From: Vulcanimicrobiota bacterium
Lineage (GTDB): Bacteria; Vulcanimicrobiota; Vulcanimicrobiia; Vulcanimicrobiales; Vulcanimicrobiaceae
NCBI GenBank assembly: GCA_963714015.1
Contig: OY970223.1
Span: forward strand, 2,208,001 to 2,272,000
Length of the DNA: 64,000 bases
Direction of reading: 5' to 3'
Part shown: positions 22,358 to 33,445 of the stretch, in pieces
Position numbering within the stretch: the stretch's first letter is position 1
Layout of the letters: the number at the start of each line of letters is the position of its first letter
The notes under the pieces: model-generated
Databases searched by the model: none
Seen by the model: only the letters and a program-made list of their open reading frames with translations
Told to the model about the DNA's origin: nothing
Position numbers and translations under genes: made by a program

Positions 22358-23014
22358 ATGTTTGCACGCGTAAGCTCGCTGCTCTTGTGTTTCGCGCTCG
22401 CCGCTTTTGCGGCAATCGCGCCGGCGAACGCAGATGAAGGCCCCACGTATACCGGTCCGATGAGTGCCTCGGAAAAAGCCTTCGTACAAAGTATCCAAAG
22501 CGATCTGATGAAGCGGTTTCCCACCGCAGCCGATGCGATGAAAGCCGGCTACGTGCGGTACACGAACGAGGACAACACCGGCGCCATCAGTTACGCGAAC
22601 CAGCAGTGGACGTCCAGCGACATCCGTCATCCCAGCCAGCTCTGGTATGACAAGAAGGGCAATTTGCTCGGCGCCGATTTTTCGGTTCCGGACACCAACG
22701 GAAAACGTCCCAACTTGTTCGGCGTCAATCCCGGCCGCTGGGTCGAGTTCGACGATCACGTGCATTGGATCGGTCGCAGCGCGTCGACTGGGAAGACGAC
22801 GTACGACAACTACGTGATGGCCGGCCCGTACAAGGCGGCAGGCGGCGATCCTGCGCACCCGACGGCCCAGCAGCTCGTCAAGATGGGCAAAGTGAAGGAC
22901 ACCTCGCAGGTCACGCAGGTCTTCGACATGCCTTCGATCTGGGATCTGATCGTCTGGGTCAAGCCTAACCCGAATGGGGCGTTTGCCGAAAAGAATCCGA
23001 ACGTCGCAATGTGA
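22358..23014 (+). CDS. Secreted hypothetical protein
   Basis: Signal peptide ending ANA-D, strong RBS; C-terminal WDLIVWVKPNPNGAFAEKNPNV. Confidence 0.8.
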   Translation: MFARVSSLLLCFALAAFAAIAPANADEGPTYTGPMSASEKAFVQSIQSDLMKRFPTAADAMKAGYVRYTNEDNTGAISYANQQWTSSDIRHPSQLWYDKKGNLLGADFSVPDTNGKRPNLFGVNPGRWVEFDDHVHWIGRSASTGKTTYDNYVMAGPYKAAGGDPAHPTAQQLVKMGKVKDTSQVTQVFDMPSIWDLIVWVKPNPNGAFAEKNPNVAM

Positions 23015-23026
23015 ATCGCGAGCGGC

Positions 23027-23049
23027 AGGACTTAGTTTCCTTAATAAAA
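23027..23049 (+). promoter_or_regulatory. Candidate ROK repressor operator, copy 2
   Basis: AGGACTTAGTTTCCTTAATAAAA, 21/23 identical to the reverse complement of 8963-8985. Confidence 0.6.
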
Positions 23050-23065
23050 TAATAGTCCCGGACTC

Positions 23066-24448
23066 ATGGCGCTCACCGAATCTTCAGATGAATCCGGGAC
23101 CGGGCGGCCCCGACGGCGGCTGACGCTGTGGGATCTGATCTTTTACGGCATAATCCTTATCCAGCCCATCGCGCCGGTGCCGCTTTTCGGGGTCGCACAG
23201 CAACTTTCGAACGGCCACTTCGCCACGATCATTCTCATAGCGATGGCGGCGATGATGATCACGGCGGTCAGTTACGGGCGGATGGCCGCGGTCTATCCGG
23301 CCGCCGGGTCGGCATATACCTACGTGGGCAAAGGGCTGAATCCGCATTTGGGGTTTTTGGCCGGCTGGGCAATGTTCATGGACTATCTGCTGCAGCCGCT
23401 CATCAATACGGTTTTCATTTCGATGGAACTGCACGCGCGGTATCTGAAGGCCGTTCCGTACGCGGTACTGGCATTCGTCATCGCTGCAATTCTTACGGTT
23501 TTGAATCTGCGGGGCATTCGGACTTCGGCAAAAGCAAATAAAGTTTTGCTCCTTTTCATGTTCGTGGTCATCGCCGCGTTCGTGCTGCTCGCACTGGAAT
23601 TTTTATTCCGCACGCAAGGCTGGGGCGGCGTACTCTCGACCCAGCCGTTCTACGATCCGGCGACCTTCAACTGGACTCGCATCTGGACCGCCACCTCGTT
23701 TGCCGCGCTCACGTATATCGGTTTCGACGGCGTCACGACACTTGCGGAAGACGCGCAGAATCCTAAGCGCAACATAATGCTCGCCACGGTTTTGGTGTGC
23801 GCATTCACCGGCGTCTTCGGCTGCTTGGAAGTGTATCTGGGGCAGCGCGTATGGCCGAACTGGCAGACGTTTCACGATCTCACGACCGCGTTCATGGACG
23901 TCTGCAGCCGAGTCGGCGGACCTTGGCTTTTCAATGGAATGGGCGTCATTCTGATTCTCGCTGCGTTCGGCAGCGGACTGACCGGAGCACTCGGCGCCTC
24001 GAAGCTGCTCTTCGGCATGGGCCGTGACAACGTGCTGCCGCGCCGCGTCTTCGGGCATTTGAGTCCGAACAGCACGACGCCCAGTTACAACATCGTGATT
24101 ATCGGCGTGCTCACGCTGGTAGGGGCAGTTCTGCTCAATCGCTACGGCAACGCGTACGAGCTCGCGGGAGAGATGCTGAATTTCGGCGCCTTTCTCGCGT
24201 TCATGGGCGTCAATTTCGCGGCGTTTTGGCAATTCTCCGTACTAGGTTGGAAGGGGCTGCGCCGGGAGGTGATCGCCGACGCGGTGCTGCCGCTCGCGGG
24301 ATTCGCATTTTGCGCGGCGATCTGGTGGAACCTCAATCCCCTTGCAAAGACCGTCGGCGGAATCTGGTTCGCCCTCGGCATTCTCTATCTGATCGTCAAA
24401 ACACGCGGGCTGCGCCGCGCCCCGGTGATGATCGACTTCAGCGGCTGA
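23066..24448 (+). CDS. APC family permease (PuuP-like)
   Basis: LTLWDLIFYG, YPAAGSAYTY and YIGFDGVTTLAED; about 12 TM helices. Confidence 0.9.
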   Translation: MALTESSDESGTGRPRRRLTLWDLIFYGIILIQPIAPVPLFGVAQQLSNGHFATIILIAMAAMMITAVSYGRMAAVYPAAGSAYTYVGKGLNPHLGFLAGWAMFMDYLLQPLINTVFISMELHARYLKAVPYAVLAFVIAAILTVLNLRGIRTSAKANKVLLLFMFVVIAAFVLLALEFLFRTQGWGGVLSTQPFYDPATFNWTRIWTATSFAALTYIGFDGVTTLAEDAQNPKRNIMLATVLVCAFTGVFGCLEVYLGQRVWPNWQTFHDLTTAFMDVCSRVGGPWLFNGMGVILILAAFGSGLTGALGASKLLFGMGRDNVLPRRVFGHLSPNSTTPSYNIVIIGVLTLVGAVLLNRYGNAYELAGEMLNFGAFLAFMGVNFAAFWQFSVLGWKGLRREVIADAVLPLAGFAFCAAIWWNLNPLAKTVGGIWFALGILYLIVKTRGLRRAPVMIDFSG

Positions 24449-24475
24449 TCGTCTGGTCGAGGCCGACACTCCAGA

Positions 24476-24877
24476 TTATGCGCGCGATTCAATAATGGCC
24501 GTTGCCTCGATCTCGACCTTCGCCCGATCTTCGAGGAGCGCCGCAACTTGAACGAGGGTCATCGCGGGGTAGTGGCCGCCGATGATCCCGCGATAGGCCT
24601 CCCCTATTCGGCTGCGCGCGGCGGCGTACTCGTGCTTATCGGTCACGTACCACGTCATGCGAACCAGGTCGCTAGGCTTGCCGCCGGCCGCATGCAGCAC
24701 GGCTGCCACGTTGCGCAGCGCCTGCGCGGCCTGCTCGGCGAAGTCATCCGAAACGATCTCGCCGTGCTCGTTCCAGCCGATCTGGCCGGCTATTGCAACG
24801 TACTCGCCTTGCGCGCAAATCGCGTTACTGTAGCCTTGCGGGTTTGGCCAGCCCGGCGGCTGGACGGCCCGCGTCAC
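24476..24877 (-). CDS. RidA/YjgF family protein
   Basis: PQGYSNA, AGQIGW and YPAMTLVQVAALLEDRAKVEIEATA. Confidence 0.9.
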   Translation of the reverse strand: MTRAVQPPGWPNPQGYSNAICAQGEYVAIAGQIGWNEHGEIVSDDFAEQAAQALRNVAAVLHAAGGKPSDLVRMTWYVTDKHEYAAARSRIGEAYRGIIGGHYPAMTLVQVAALLEDRAKVEIEATAIIESRA

Positions 24878-26379
24878 GCGTAATCCGCCGCAGTAGTGAA
24901 ATCGGTTTGGTTCCGCGCACCGGCGGCGTTGAGGCCGGCGCTCAGGGCGAGCGTCACCGCCAGATTAAGTAGAAAAGCGTAGAACATATTCGCGCCCGTA
25001 ATCGTGAGGCCGCCGAGGTGCAGCGGAAATACCGATGAAAAATGGGTGACAATCGCCATGGCGGTGGCCGCGATCATTCCCACGGCCCAACCGGTTAGGA
25101 GTGCGGCCGAGTGCAGGCGCCGCGTATAAAGGCCTAAGATGACGGACGGGAATATCTGCAAGATCCAGCTCCTCCGAGCAGTTGAAAGTTGATGGAAAAT
25201 TGCGGCTTGATCAGCAGTGCGACGGTAAGTGCGCACGCCAGCACGCCCAATGCCACGTAACGCGCGAGCGCTGCTTGAATCGGCGGCCGTTCGCTGCGCG
25301 ATCGGAACGAGCGCAGGATGTTGCTCGCAAATAAATTCGCCGCACCGATCGCCATGATAGCCGCCGGCACGAGCGCGCCGATAACGATCGCCGCAAACGC
25401 AACCCCGGCAAACCAGCCGGGAAAGAATCGCGAAAACAGCATGGGGATCGCCAGGTTGTTGTCTTTGACGTGAATTCCGGCTGCGAGGGCGCAGTAACCT
25501 AGGAGCGCGATGAACGTCAGCAATAAGTCTGTAAAGGGGAAGCAGCGCGCAGTTGCGGCGAATCACCCCTGCACTCTTGGCGCTTAATACGCTCGTGATG
25601 GTGTGCGGATAGAGGAAGAGCGCAAGCGCGGATCCCAGCGCCAGACTCGCGTACGCAAAATAGGCATTCGGTCCTAGAATGATCGAGGCGGGTTTCGGCG
25701 CCGCCGCGAGAGCCTTTTGCGCGGCATCGAAGACGCTATGCCAACCACCGAGCGCGGCCGGAACGATCGCCAGCGCGGCACCGACCGTGATGTAGATAAG
25801 CGCGTCCTTCACGAAAGCGATCATCGCGGGCGCGCGCAAACCGCTGACGAATGTGTAGCCGGCCAGCAATACGAACGCGCCAATCAGGAACAGAGTAGAC
25901 GATTGCGCATTTGGGGCGATGCCCGACTGCTGCAGCACCGAACGCATGCCGATGAGCTGAAGCGCGATATAGGGAAGCGTTGCTGCAACGCCCGTCGCTG
26001 CGACCGCGAACTCCAAGCCGCGGCTGCCGAAGCGGTCGTGCACGAAATCGGCGGTCGTTACGTAGCCCCGGCGTTTGGCGATGGTCCAAAAGCGGGCCAT
26101 GACGAGAAAGGCTGCCGGATACGCGATCGTCGTGTACGGCACGGCAAAGAACGCAATTGCGCCCGCTCCGAACGCAAGCGCCGGTACTGCGATGAAGGTA
26201 TAGGCGGTGTAGAGATCGCCGCCGAGCAAAAACCAGGAGACCAGGGTTCCGAAGCGCCGGCCGCCCAGGGCCCATTCGTCCAAACTTTCAATCTTGGCGT
26301 TGCCCCAGCGCGCCGCCAAGAATCCCATGAGCGTGACTGCAGCAACCAAAAAGATGAAGATGGCGGTCCCGCTACTCAC
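24874..26379 (-). CDS. Sodium:solute symporter (MctP-like), with a compensating pair of frameshifts near 25520 and 25170
   Basis: EWALGGRRFGT, WFLLGGDLYTAYTF and LYPH; the missing TM segment is in ORF 25134..25523. Confidence 0.85.
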   Translation of the reverse strand: MSSGTAIFIFLVAAVTLMGFLAARWGNAKIESLDEWALGGRRFGTLVSWFLLGGDLYTAYTFIAVPALAFGAGAIAFFAVPYTTIAYPAAFLVMARFWTIAKRRGYVTTADFVHDRFGSRGLEFAVAATGVAATLPYIALQLIGMRSVLQQSGIAPNAQSSTLFLIGAFVLLAGYTFVSGLRAPAMIAFVKDALIYITVGAALAIVPAALGGWHSVFDAAQKALAAAPKPASIILGPNAYFAYASLALGSALALFLYPHTITSVLSAKSAGVIRRNCALLPLYRLIADVHRAPRLLRPRSRNSRQRQQPGDPHAVFAILSRLVCRGCVCGDRYRRARAGGYHGDRCGEFICEQHPALVPIAQRTAADSSSARALRGIGRAGVRTYRRTADQAAIFHQLSTARRSWILQIFPSVILGLYTRRLHSAALLTGWAVGMIAATAMAIVTHFSSVFPLHLGGLTITGANMFYAFLLNLAVTLALSAGLNAAGARNQTDFTTAADYA

Positions 26380-26565
26380 GCTCCTGCTCCCGCGTGGCGA
26401 GATAGACGGCGATGACGATCAGCGCCGAGAGTACGATCCACAGGATCTGGTACCAGTAAAAGAACGGAAAGCCGAAGAGTCGGGTTCGCGGCGCGCATAA
26501 AACGGGGGGAACAGCGTTGCGGCGAACGGGATGACCAGGGCCCAATACCACAAACGCCGGCTCAT
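26376..26565 (-). CDS. DUF3311-type small membrane partner of the symporter, frameshifted
   Basis: MSRRLWYWALVIPFAATLFPPFYARREP, then in another frame LFGFPFFYWYQILWIVLS; its stop overlaps the symporter start. Confidence 0.75.
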
Positions 26566-26594
26566 TGCTGGCGAGGTTCGAGCCGTGCGCGGTT

Positions 26595-27518
26595 CTATCT
26601 TCCCAATGGGACCGTACGTTTCGCCCACAGCGCGCGCAGCGAGTATTTGCCGAGCAGTTGCGAAATAGCCATCCCGCTTATGCAGACGGCGGCGCCGGCG
26701 ATTTCGTGCGGCTCTATCCGCGCCTGGAGCAGCGGAATGCTCAAGAACCCCGTGGCCACCGGAACGGCGAATTGAAACATCGACACGCGGCCGGCACCGA
26801 GCTGGGAGATGGCAAAACTCCAAACCGGATACGTGAGGACGACCGGAAAGATGACGGCATAACCGAAGATCGCCCAATCTATCGGGGGAATGAGCTGCCA
26901 ATTCTGGTGGAGCATCCGCGGTACGGCACCGGGCAAGAGCATCACCGTTCCGAAGGCCATCGCAATCGCTACGAGCGAGACCGGCGCGTAGCGTCCGACG
27001 AGCCGCGCGCTGAGCACGTTAAAGCCGGCGAAGACGCCTGCCGAGAGCAGCGTCAGACCGTCGCCGATACGGAACGTCACGTGCCGCGCGAAGACGCCTT
27101 CGAAGATCGCAACGCCGAAGAGCGCCATCGCCGCCCCGGCCCAACGTCCGCTGCGAACGCGTTCGGTCCGGGCGAACGCGACGATCGCCAGCGTAATGAC
27201 CGGCGCCATCGACGCGAGCAGCGCCGAGGCGAACGCGGTCGTATGCGCGAGACCGATTACCCAAAGATACTGATAGACTCCATATCCGCAGGCGCCGCAT
27301 GCGATGAGCAGGGGCAGGTCTTTCTTTTGAATGCGCACGCGTTCGCCCAAGGCATATGCCAGCGCAAACGCCAGCGGTGTCATCAGGAGAAAGCGCAAAC
27401 CGGTAAAAGCGAGCGGATCCATCAAGCGAACCGCATATTTAACGGCAACGGTGTTGATCGACCACGTCGCGACGGTGTAGACGAGTCCGAGATACGTCAG
27501 CGCGCGTTGCGTCGTCAC
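26595..27518 (-). CDS. DMT/EamA family transporter
   Basis: Ten hydrophobic helices; FTGLRF, GLAHTTA and LGAGRVS motifs. Confidence 0.85.
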   Translation of the reverse strand: MTTQRALTYLGLVYTVATWSINTVAVKYAVRLMDPLAFTGLRFLLMTPLAFALAYALGERVRIQKKDLPLLIACGACGYGVYQYLWVIGLAHTTAFASALLASMAPVITLAIVAFARTERVRSGRWAGAAMALFGVAIFEGVFARHVTFRIGDGLTLLSAGVFAGFNVLSARLVGRYAPVSLVAIAMAFGTVMLLPGAVPRMLHQNWQLIPPIDWAIFGYAVIFPVVLTYPVWSFAISQLGAGRVSMFQFAVPVATGFLSIPLLQARIEPHEIAGAAVCISGMAISQLLGKYSLRALWAKRTVPLGR

Positions 27519-27573
27519 CGCACAGGTCATACCGGCCGCGGGCAAAACCTCCTGGCCACGTTGTCCTTCGTGC

Positions 27574-29286
27574 CTAGGGAATGAACTGCTTCGGCAAGCC
27601 GGCGAATCCGCGCGGCTGTACCCCGGCGTGGGGAACGCGCTCCGGCGCGATTTTCAAAGCAGCGCAGCTCATCGCCGCCGGAAACACGTTCACGACGCGA
27701 TCGGGAACGATCGCACGATCCGCAGGGATAGCGGGACGAACACCGGCAAGACGCAACGGATCGAAACCTGAGGTGAGATCGGACAGCCGTGGGTTAGTGT
27801 CGCGCGGGCCTTCGGGCATGTACGGCTTCTCATCCGGAAGCGACGCCAGCGCGGGCAGATCGAACACCGTCTCGATAAACCGCACAACGGATGAGGTGTC
27901 ACCGAGGTCGTGCACGATCGCACTCGACTTTGAGTAAGGCGAAATGAGAATAAGCGGTACGCGGGGACCGTCGCCGCATGGGTGCCCGTCCCAACACCGT
28001 TCGAACCGGGGCGGCGGTGCATGATCGTAGAAACCGCCGCTGTCGTCCCAAGTAATGACGATGGCCGAATCCTTCCAATAGCGGCTTCGCGCGATCGCGT
28101 TGACGAATGTTGCGACGAACGATTCGGCAACCTGCCGATCCGAATCCCCCGTGCCGGGGTGATCGTCGTCGCCTAGGAAGTTCCGCTGTATGAACGGCGA
28201 TCTGTTCGCGGGGCGCCATCCGAAGCGGTTTTGGTTTCCCCCTTTGATGTAGAAGACACCGCGATCCGGAAGCCTTCCCTCGCGAATCGCCGGTATCAGC
28301 GCGCCAAGCGGCGCAACGTGACTCCAAAATACGTCGTTGTGGCGCATGTACGCGAAATATTGCACCGCATTATGATGCGCGGAGTAGCCGGGAAGCGCCG
28401 CATTCGACGGGCCGTTGTACCCTTCTTGGAACCACCCCCACGGAACGGGCGCTCGCGCGTTGCGTCCTACTAGGGACAAATCTCTGCGCACGCCTGCCGT
28501 GTCGTTCGTTGCCAAGACGTCCTTGCGGCCGTTGAGGGTCAGCATTACCGTAGCATACCGCTGCGGAACTTGCAGATGTTTCTTCGCTGCATCTGCCGCG
28601 TACGGACCGTATGGCGGATCCATGCTGTTCTCGACCGGCACGCCTGCACCCGACCCCGAGCCGCGCACGATTTCCGACGGATCGCGTGCGGCCTGCGTTT
28701 GCCCGGACTGTGCGGCGATGATCTCGATGTTACCCGGCGTTGAGGGCGCCGTCATGGCTTGAAAAAAGTGATCGTAAAGCGCGAAGTTGCCGGCGTATTT
28801 CCAGAGAAACGGTATGGTTGCACAGTCGTAGTAACTCATCGTCAACTCACCAAGCCTGCGTCGATCGTCCCGCCCATATCCGTCTTTCGCTGACGACGCC
28901 TCCTGTACGGTAAGGAAATGGTCCATCTTTCCGCCGTCCATCTTCGAAAGCAGTGCGGCACGAGAGTGGTCCGGACTTTCGACGTCCGGGTCCGCGATGC
29001 GAAACGGAGTGACCCACGTCTTTCCGATCGGATCCCACTGACGGAATCCGTGCAAGGCGGCGGAAACGCCGCCCAGATTGTCTGCCCCGGGAAACGATCC
29101 GAAATAGTGGTCGAACGACTCATTTTCCTGGTAAATGATGAAGACGTGTTTGACGTGCGCGCGCAGCAACACTACTAAGGCTGCTTGCGACGTGGCTGTC
29201 GACGCGCGCACCGATGCATGCGGCGCTATCGCGCAAGCAGCCACCGCGGCAGCGAGCGTACAGAGTGTCTTGTTCAGCATCCTCAT
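27574..29286 (-). CDS. Secreted phospholipase C / acid phosphatase (phosphoesterase family)
   Basis: VKHVFIIYQENESFDHYFG, DDDHPG, ITWDDSGGFYDH and GPRVPLILISPY; signal peptide. Confidence 0.88.
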   Translation of the reverse strand: MRMLNKTLCTLAAAVAACAIAPHASVRASTATSQAALVVLLRAHVKHVFIIYQENESFDHYFGSFPGADNLGGVSAALHGFRQWDPIGKTWVTPFRIADPDVESPDHSRAALLSKMDGGKMDHFLTVQEASSAKDGYGRDDRRRLGELTMSYYDCATIPFLWKYAGNFALYDHFFQAMTAPSTPGNIEIIAAQSGQTQAARDPSEIVRGSGSGAGVPVENSMDPPYGPYAADAAKKHLQVPQRYATVMLTLNGRKDVLATNDTAGVRRDLSLVGRNARAPVPWGWFQEGYNGPSNAALPGYSAHHNAVQYFAYMRHNDVFWSHVAPLGALIPAIREGRLPDRGVFYIKGGNQNRFGWRPANRSPFIQRNFLGDDDHPGTGDSDRQVAESFVATFVNAIARSRYWKDSAIVITWDDSGGFYDHAPPPRFERCWDGHPCGDGPRVPLILISPYSKSSAIVHDLGDTSSVVRFIETVFDLPALASLPDEKPYMPEGPRDTNPRLSDLTSGFDPLRLAGVRPAIPADRAIVPDRVVNVFPAAMSCAALKIAPERVPHAGVQPRGFAGLPKQFIP

Positions 29287-30691
29287 TGCAGTGGGCCGGA
29301 GGCGGCAACGCTGACCGTCTGAACGTTCGCGAATTCGTGCATTCCGAACTGCCCGAGCTCGCGCCCGTATCCGCTTTTCTTGACGCCGCCGAACGGCAAA
29401 CGCGGATCCGAGGCAGTCATGCCGTTGATGAAGACGAGGCCCGACTCGAGCTTCGCGGCGATCATTTCCGCGCGGCCGAGGTCGCGGGTCCAGATGCTGT
29501 TGCCGAGGCCGAACGGGGATGCGTTCGCGAGTTCGACGGCTGCATCCGCGCCGGACGCGTGGATGATTGCGGCTGCGGGACCGAACGTTTCCTCGTCAAA
29601 TGCCGCCATGCCCGGGCGGACGTCGCTCAAGATCGTCGGCTCGAAAAAATTGCCGGGCCGCTCGATGCGCCGGCCGCCTAAAATGGCCCGCGCGCCCGAC
29701 TCCAAGGTTGTCTTTATCTGGCGCTGCAAATCGTCGAGCAAGTCCGCTCTGGCCAGCGGTCCCATCGTCGTGCTGCGATCCATCGGATCGCCTACCACGA
29801 TGTCGCGCGCGTGTCCGACGAAAAAATCGCAAAATTCTTCATAAACGGGCGATTCCACGATGAACCGCTTAGCCGCTATGCAGACTTTGTCCGCAGTTTT
29901 GAAAGCGCGCCCGGACTGCGACCTGCGCGGCGGCTTCAACGTCCGCATCGGCCAGCACGACGAAAGCATCGGAACCGCCCAGTTCCAATACAATTTTTTT
30001 TAGATGTTTACCGGCGATCGAGGCAACGGCAGAGCCCGCAGCTTCGCTCCCCGTTAAGGTCACAGCTGCGATTCGCTTGTCCGCGACGACGCTTTCGACT
30101 TGAGTAGAACGAATCACGAGTGTCGTAAAGATTCCCGGCGGAAATCCCGATTCAAGAAATGCGTTCTGAAGATCGATGGCGCAGCCTGTGACGTTAGCGG
30201 CGTGTTTCAGAACGGCGGCATTGCCTGCAGTCACTGCCGGGACCGCGAAGCGAACGACTTGAAAGAACGGAAAATTCCACGGCATGACGGCGAGCACCAC
30301 GCCTAGCGGCCTGAACGCGGCGTAGTCTGCGAAGCGTGTGGGTTTGTACGTCCCTGCGTGCCAAATGCTCCGGCGCGTTCTCGGCATAGTAGTCGCACGC
30401 CCAGGCGCACTTTTCAACCTCCGCTTCGGCTTCGGCGACAGTCTTCCCCATCTCGAGCACGATCGTCCGCGCATAACCTGCGGCTTTAGTGCGAAAGTGC
30501 GCGGCCAGGCTGCGCAGGAGTTCGCACCGGTGCTCTAGCGGGGTCTCCCGCCACAGTAAGAACGCGCGGTGCGCCTCGCCGAGCCGAGCGTCGATCTGCT
30601 CGCCGCTGAAGACCTCGTAGCGCCCGGCCGTTTCTCCGGTAGCCGGGTTTTCGGTTACGATGCAATCTACGGAATCAATTGCGGCGGTCAT
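29283..30691 (-). CDS. NAD(P)-dependent succinate-semialdehyde dehydrogenase-like aldehyde dehydrogenase, two frameshifts
   Basis: NPATGE, VMPWNFP, LTGSEAAG, LELGGSD, EETFGP and PFGGVKKSGYGREL spread over three ORFs. Confidence 0.88.
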
Positions 30692-30711
30692 GAAGATTCC
30701 TCGCGTTGAGC

Positions 30712-33400
30712 TCAGATGCGCTGTGTTACCGAGAACGTAAACGACATGGGAGCGAGGCCGAAGCGCTCGGTGCCTTGTTGCAGCGAGTTGGCGTCGGTTC
30801 CGAACTGGTTCTCCGCTTGGAATAGGCCCCAACCGATGCGTCCGTAGTTGTCGGTTGCAGCACTGAAGAGATTCGAGATTCCCAGATTCAGTGACGTTCG
30901 ATCCGTGAGCCGTGCATTGAAAAACGCGTCCGTTTCCCCAAAGGCGGGTCGATTGTAGGCGTTGTAGTTGTCGTAATGCGTGTAGTCGAGATAGACCTCT
31001 TCACCGTGCGTATTGGTCAAATCCAAGGCGATACCGTACGTATGCAGCGGGATGTTGGGCAACTGTGCGCCGTTGATGAGTGTGGGGTTCGCCATGAGAA
31101 TGCTGTCCGGCATATCGAACACGACAGCGGACTGGACGTTGTAATAAGCATCTACGGCGAGTTGCGGCGTGGCGCGCAGGCGCGTGCTGAGCTCATAGCC
31201 GCGCGCTCGTGACGTTGCGAGGTTTACGTTGGTGGCAACCGTCAGATTTGCGATTGTCGGCGCGGGATTCGGCGAGGAAAGGTTTGGGCAGATGGACGAA
31301 ATGTGGCTATACACGCCGGTTAGGTATGACGGCCCGTAGAGCTGATTGATCGTTCCGACGAACGGTGCTGCCGGTAAGTCGGCTTCGAAGATCGTATTCG
31401 TTTCATTCGTATCGTACGCCGTAAACTGCACCGTATCGTCGGTCCCGAACCGGTGACCCAGCGAAGCTTCGATGTCCTTCGCTTTTTCAGGCAGCTCGCC
31501 CGGTGTCGGCAACGACCCAAGTGAGAACAACTGGCAGTTCCCCGGATTTATTCCGCCGGCGCCGGTCAGCTCAAACGCGATCGGTGCCGGATCGGCCGAC
31601 GACGCGCCGCCCGTTAGGCGCACCACGTCGCGCGGCGTGGGCCTGTAAACGACCGACAGTCGAGGGTCGAAGGAGCTGCCGCCGATGAGCGAGTGTTTGA
31701 ACCATGCGTTGGTGAAATACGATACCCGTTGTGACGGCGTAAATGCATCGCGCACGAAGAAGTCTGTCCAGTTTGGAGTACAAGGCACTCGTGGGGATGA
31801 GGCCCGTCGCACCGCTTATCTGATCTCCGTTGGTGTATTGGCGCTGGCTGTAAAACCCGAAGCCGAGGTCGTTCTTGTCACTGGCGATGTCGTCGCTGAC
31901 CAGAGTTCCGTACGTCCGAAAAATACGGGTCAGAACGGACAAATCGCCGTTGAGGTTCGACGCGGGGCGCTCGCGGTCTTGACCGTAGTTGTCGACGAAT
32001 GAATCGACAACAATCTGGTTCTTCCCGAGCATCGTCAAGAACCGCGCGTGATAGTCCTGATTGCGAAGCGCTTGAAATGGCCCTTGTCCGCCGCCCGAAG
32101 GGCCGCTCGCGACGACGCCGTACCGCTGGGGAGTAACGCACGTCGAGCCCGCGTCCGTCGTGACCGTTATACCGTTCGGCGTCGACGAACTGCCAATCGT
32201 GCAATCCGTGCTCGACGCCGCCTGATATTGCGCGTAGTCGGCGGTAATGAAGTCGTTGTCGCCGTTTCCGGTTTTGTCGTCCCATGACGTCGCCGAGTAA
32301 CCGGTAAACGTGAGAGAAGTACTGGGCGAAAAGGACCACACGAGTTTTGCCAGGTCGTTGCGAAGCACGGCGTTACCGGTAACGAAGTAGGTGTCCGCAG
32401 CGAGCGTTGCAGACGTCCAATCGTTCCCGCGCGCACCGGTTTGCGCAATAATTTGCGGCTGGAACTGACCGTAGGTGCCGTTCACGCCGTGGATGAGAAC
32501 ATAACCGAGTTTGCCGAACGTTCCGCTCGCCTGCGTGGCGAAAAGTTGCGTGCCCTCGTCGCCGTATCCCCAGCGCATGATTCCCTCGGGCTGTTTCGTC
32601 GGATCGATTGTTTGAAAGTCAATCGCGCCGCCGACCGCGTCGACGCCGTACAGCCCTGACGCTCCCGATCCGTAAGTGACCTGTGCGCCCTTCAACGCGA
32701 ACACGGGCGAGTCGGCCAAATCGAAGCCTCCGGTTCCGCCGCCGATATCCCAGCCGGGATAGACGCCCGCCGGGCCGATAGGATGGCCGTCCAGAAGAAT
32801 CTGCGTTTCGCTTGGTTTGAGTCCGCGTATGTCGATGCCGATGTCGTCGCCCCGCGACGAGTCCGCGTCGGCGCGGTTTACGCCTGGAAGCTTCCCGAGA
32901 CTCTCAGCCAAGCGGAGTTGGTTCGTCTGCTGCACGACGTTCATGTCGACAGTCTGCTGGATTGTCGTCGTCGTCTGCAGCGTGCCGGCGCCGCCTGCCC
33001 GAATATTTGCGATCGTGCGGAGCGCTCCGCGCGAGACCGCCCGTATCAACGCCACGTTAACTGCGACGGGTCCGCTCAGCACGATGTCCTGCGAACGCCC
33101 ACTCTCATAGCCGGTCGCCTGCACCGAAATGGAGTAGATGCCGTATGGTACGGGACGAAACGCGAAATTACCGTAGGCATTGGAAACTGCCGAAGCAATG
33201 GCTTTCGTGCCCTGCTGTAATTGAAGCTGCGCATTGGCCACCGGAAGGCCGCCGTTTTGGTCGAGGATCACCCCGGTGATTGCCGCAGTCCGCGCCAACG
33301 GGGTTGGCGTCGATTGCGCGACGGCGCAAACCGTTACCGATACCGTGCAAACGATCGTGACGACGATCGAACGGACGAGCTGTTCCCAGTCGAGCCTCAT
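30712..33400 (-). CDS. TonB-dependent receptor (paralog 2), frameshift near 31770
   Basis: Carboxypeptidase-regulatory-like N-domain, plug IDIRGL..LLDGHP..AVGGAIDF, LGISNLF. Confidence 0.85.
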
Positions 33401-33445
33401 GATGGTACCTCTTTTCAGGTCCTTCCTCAAGGACGGCGCGTTACT

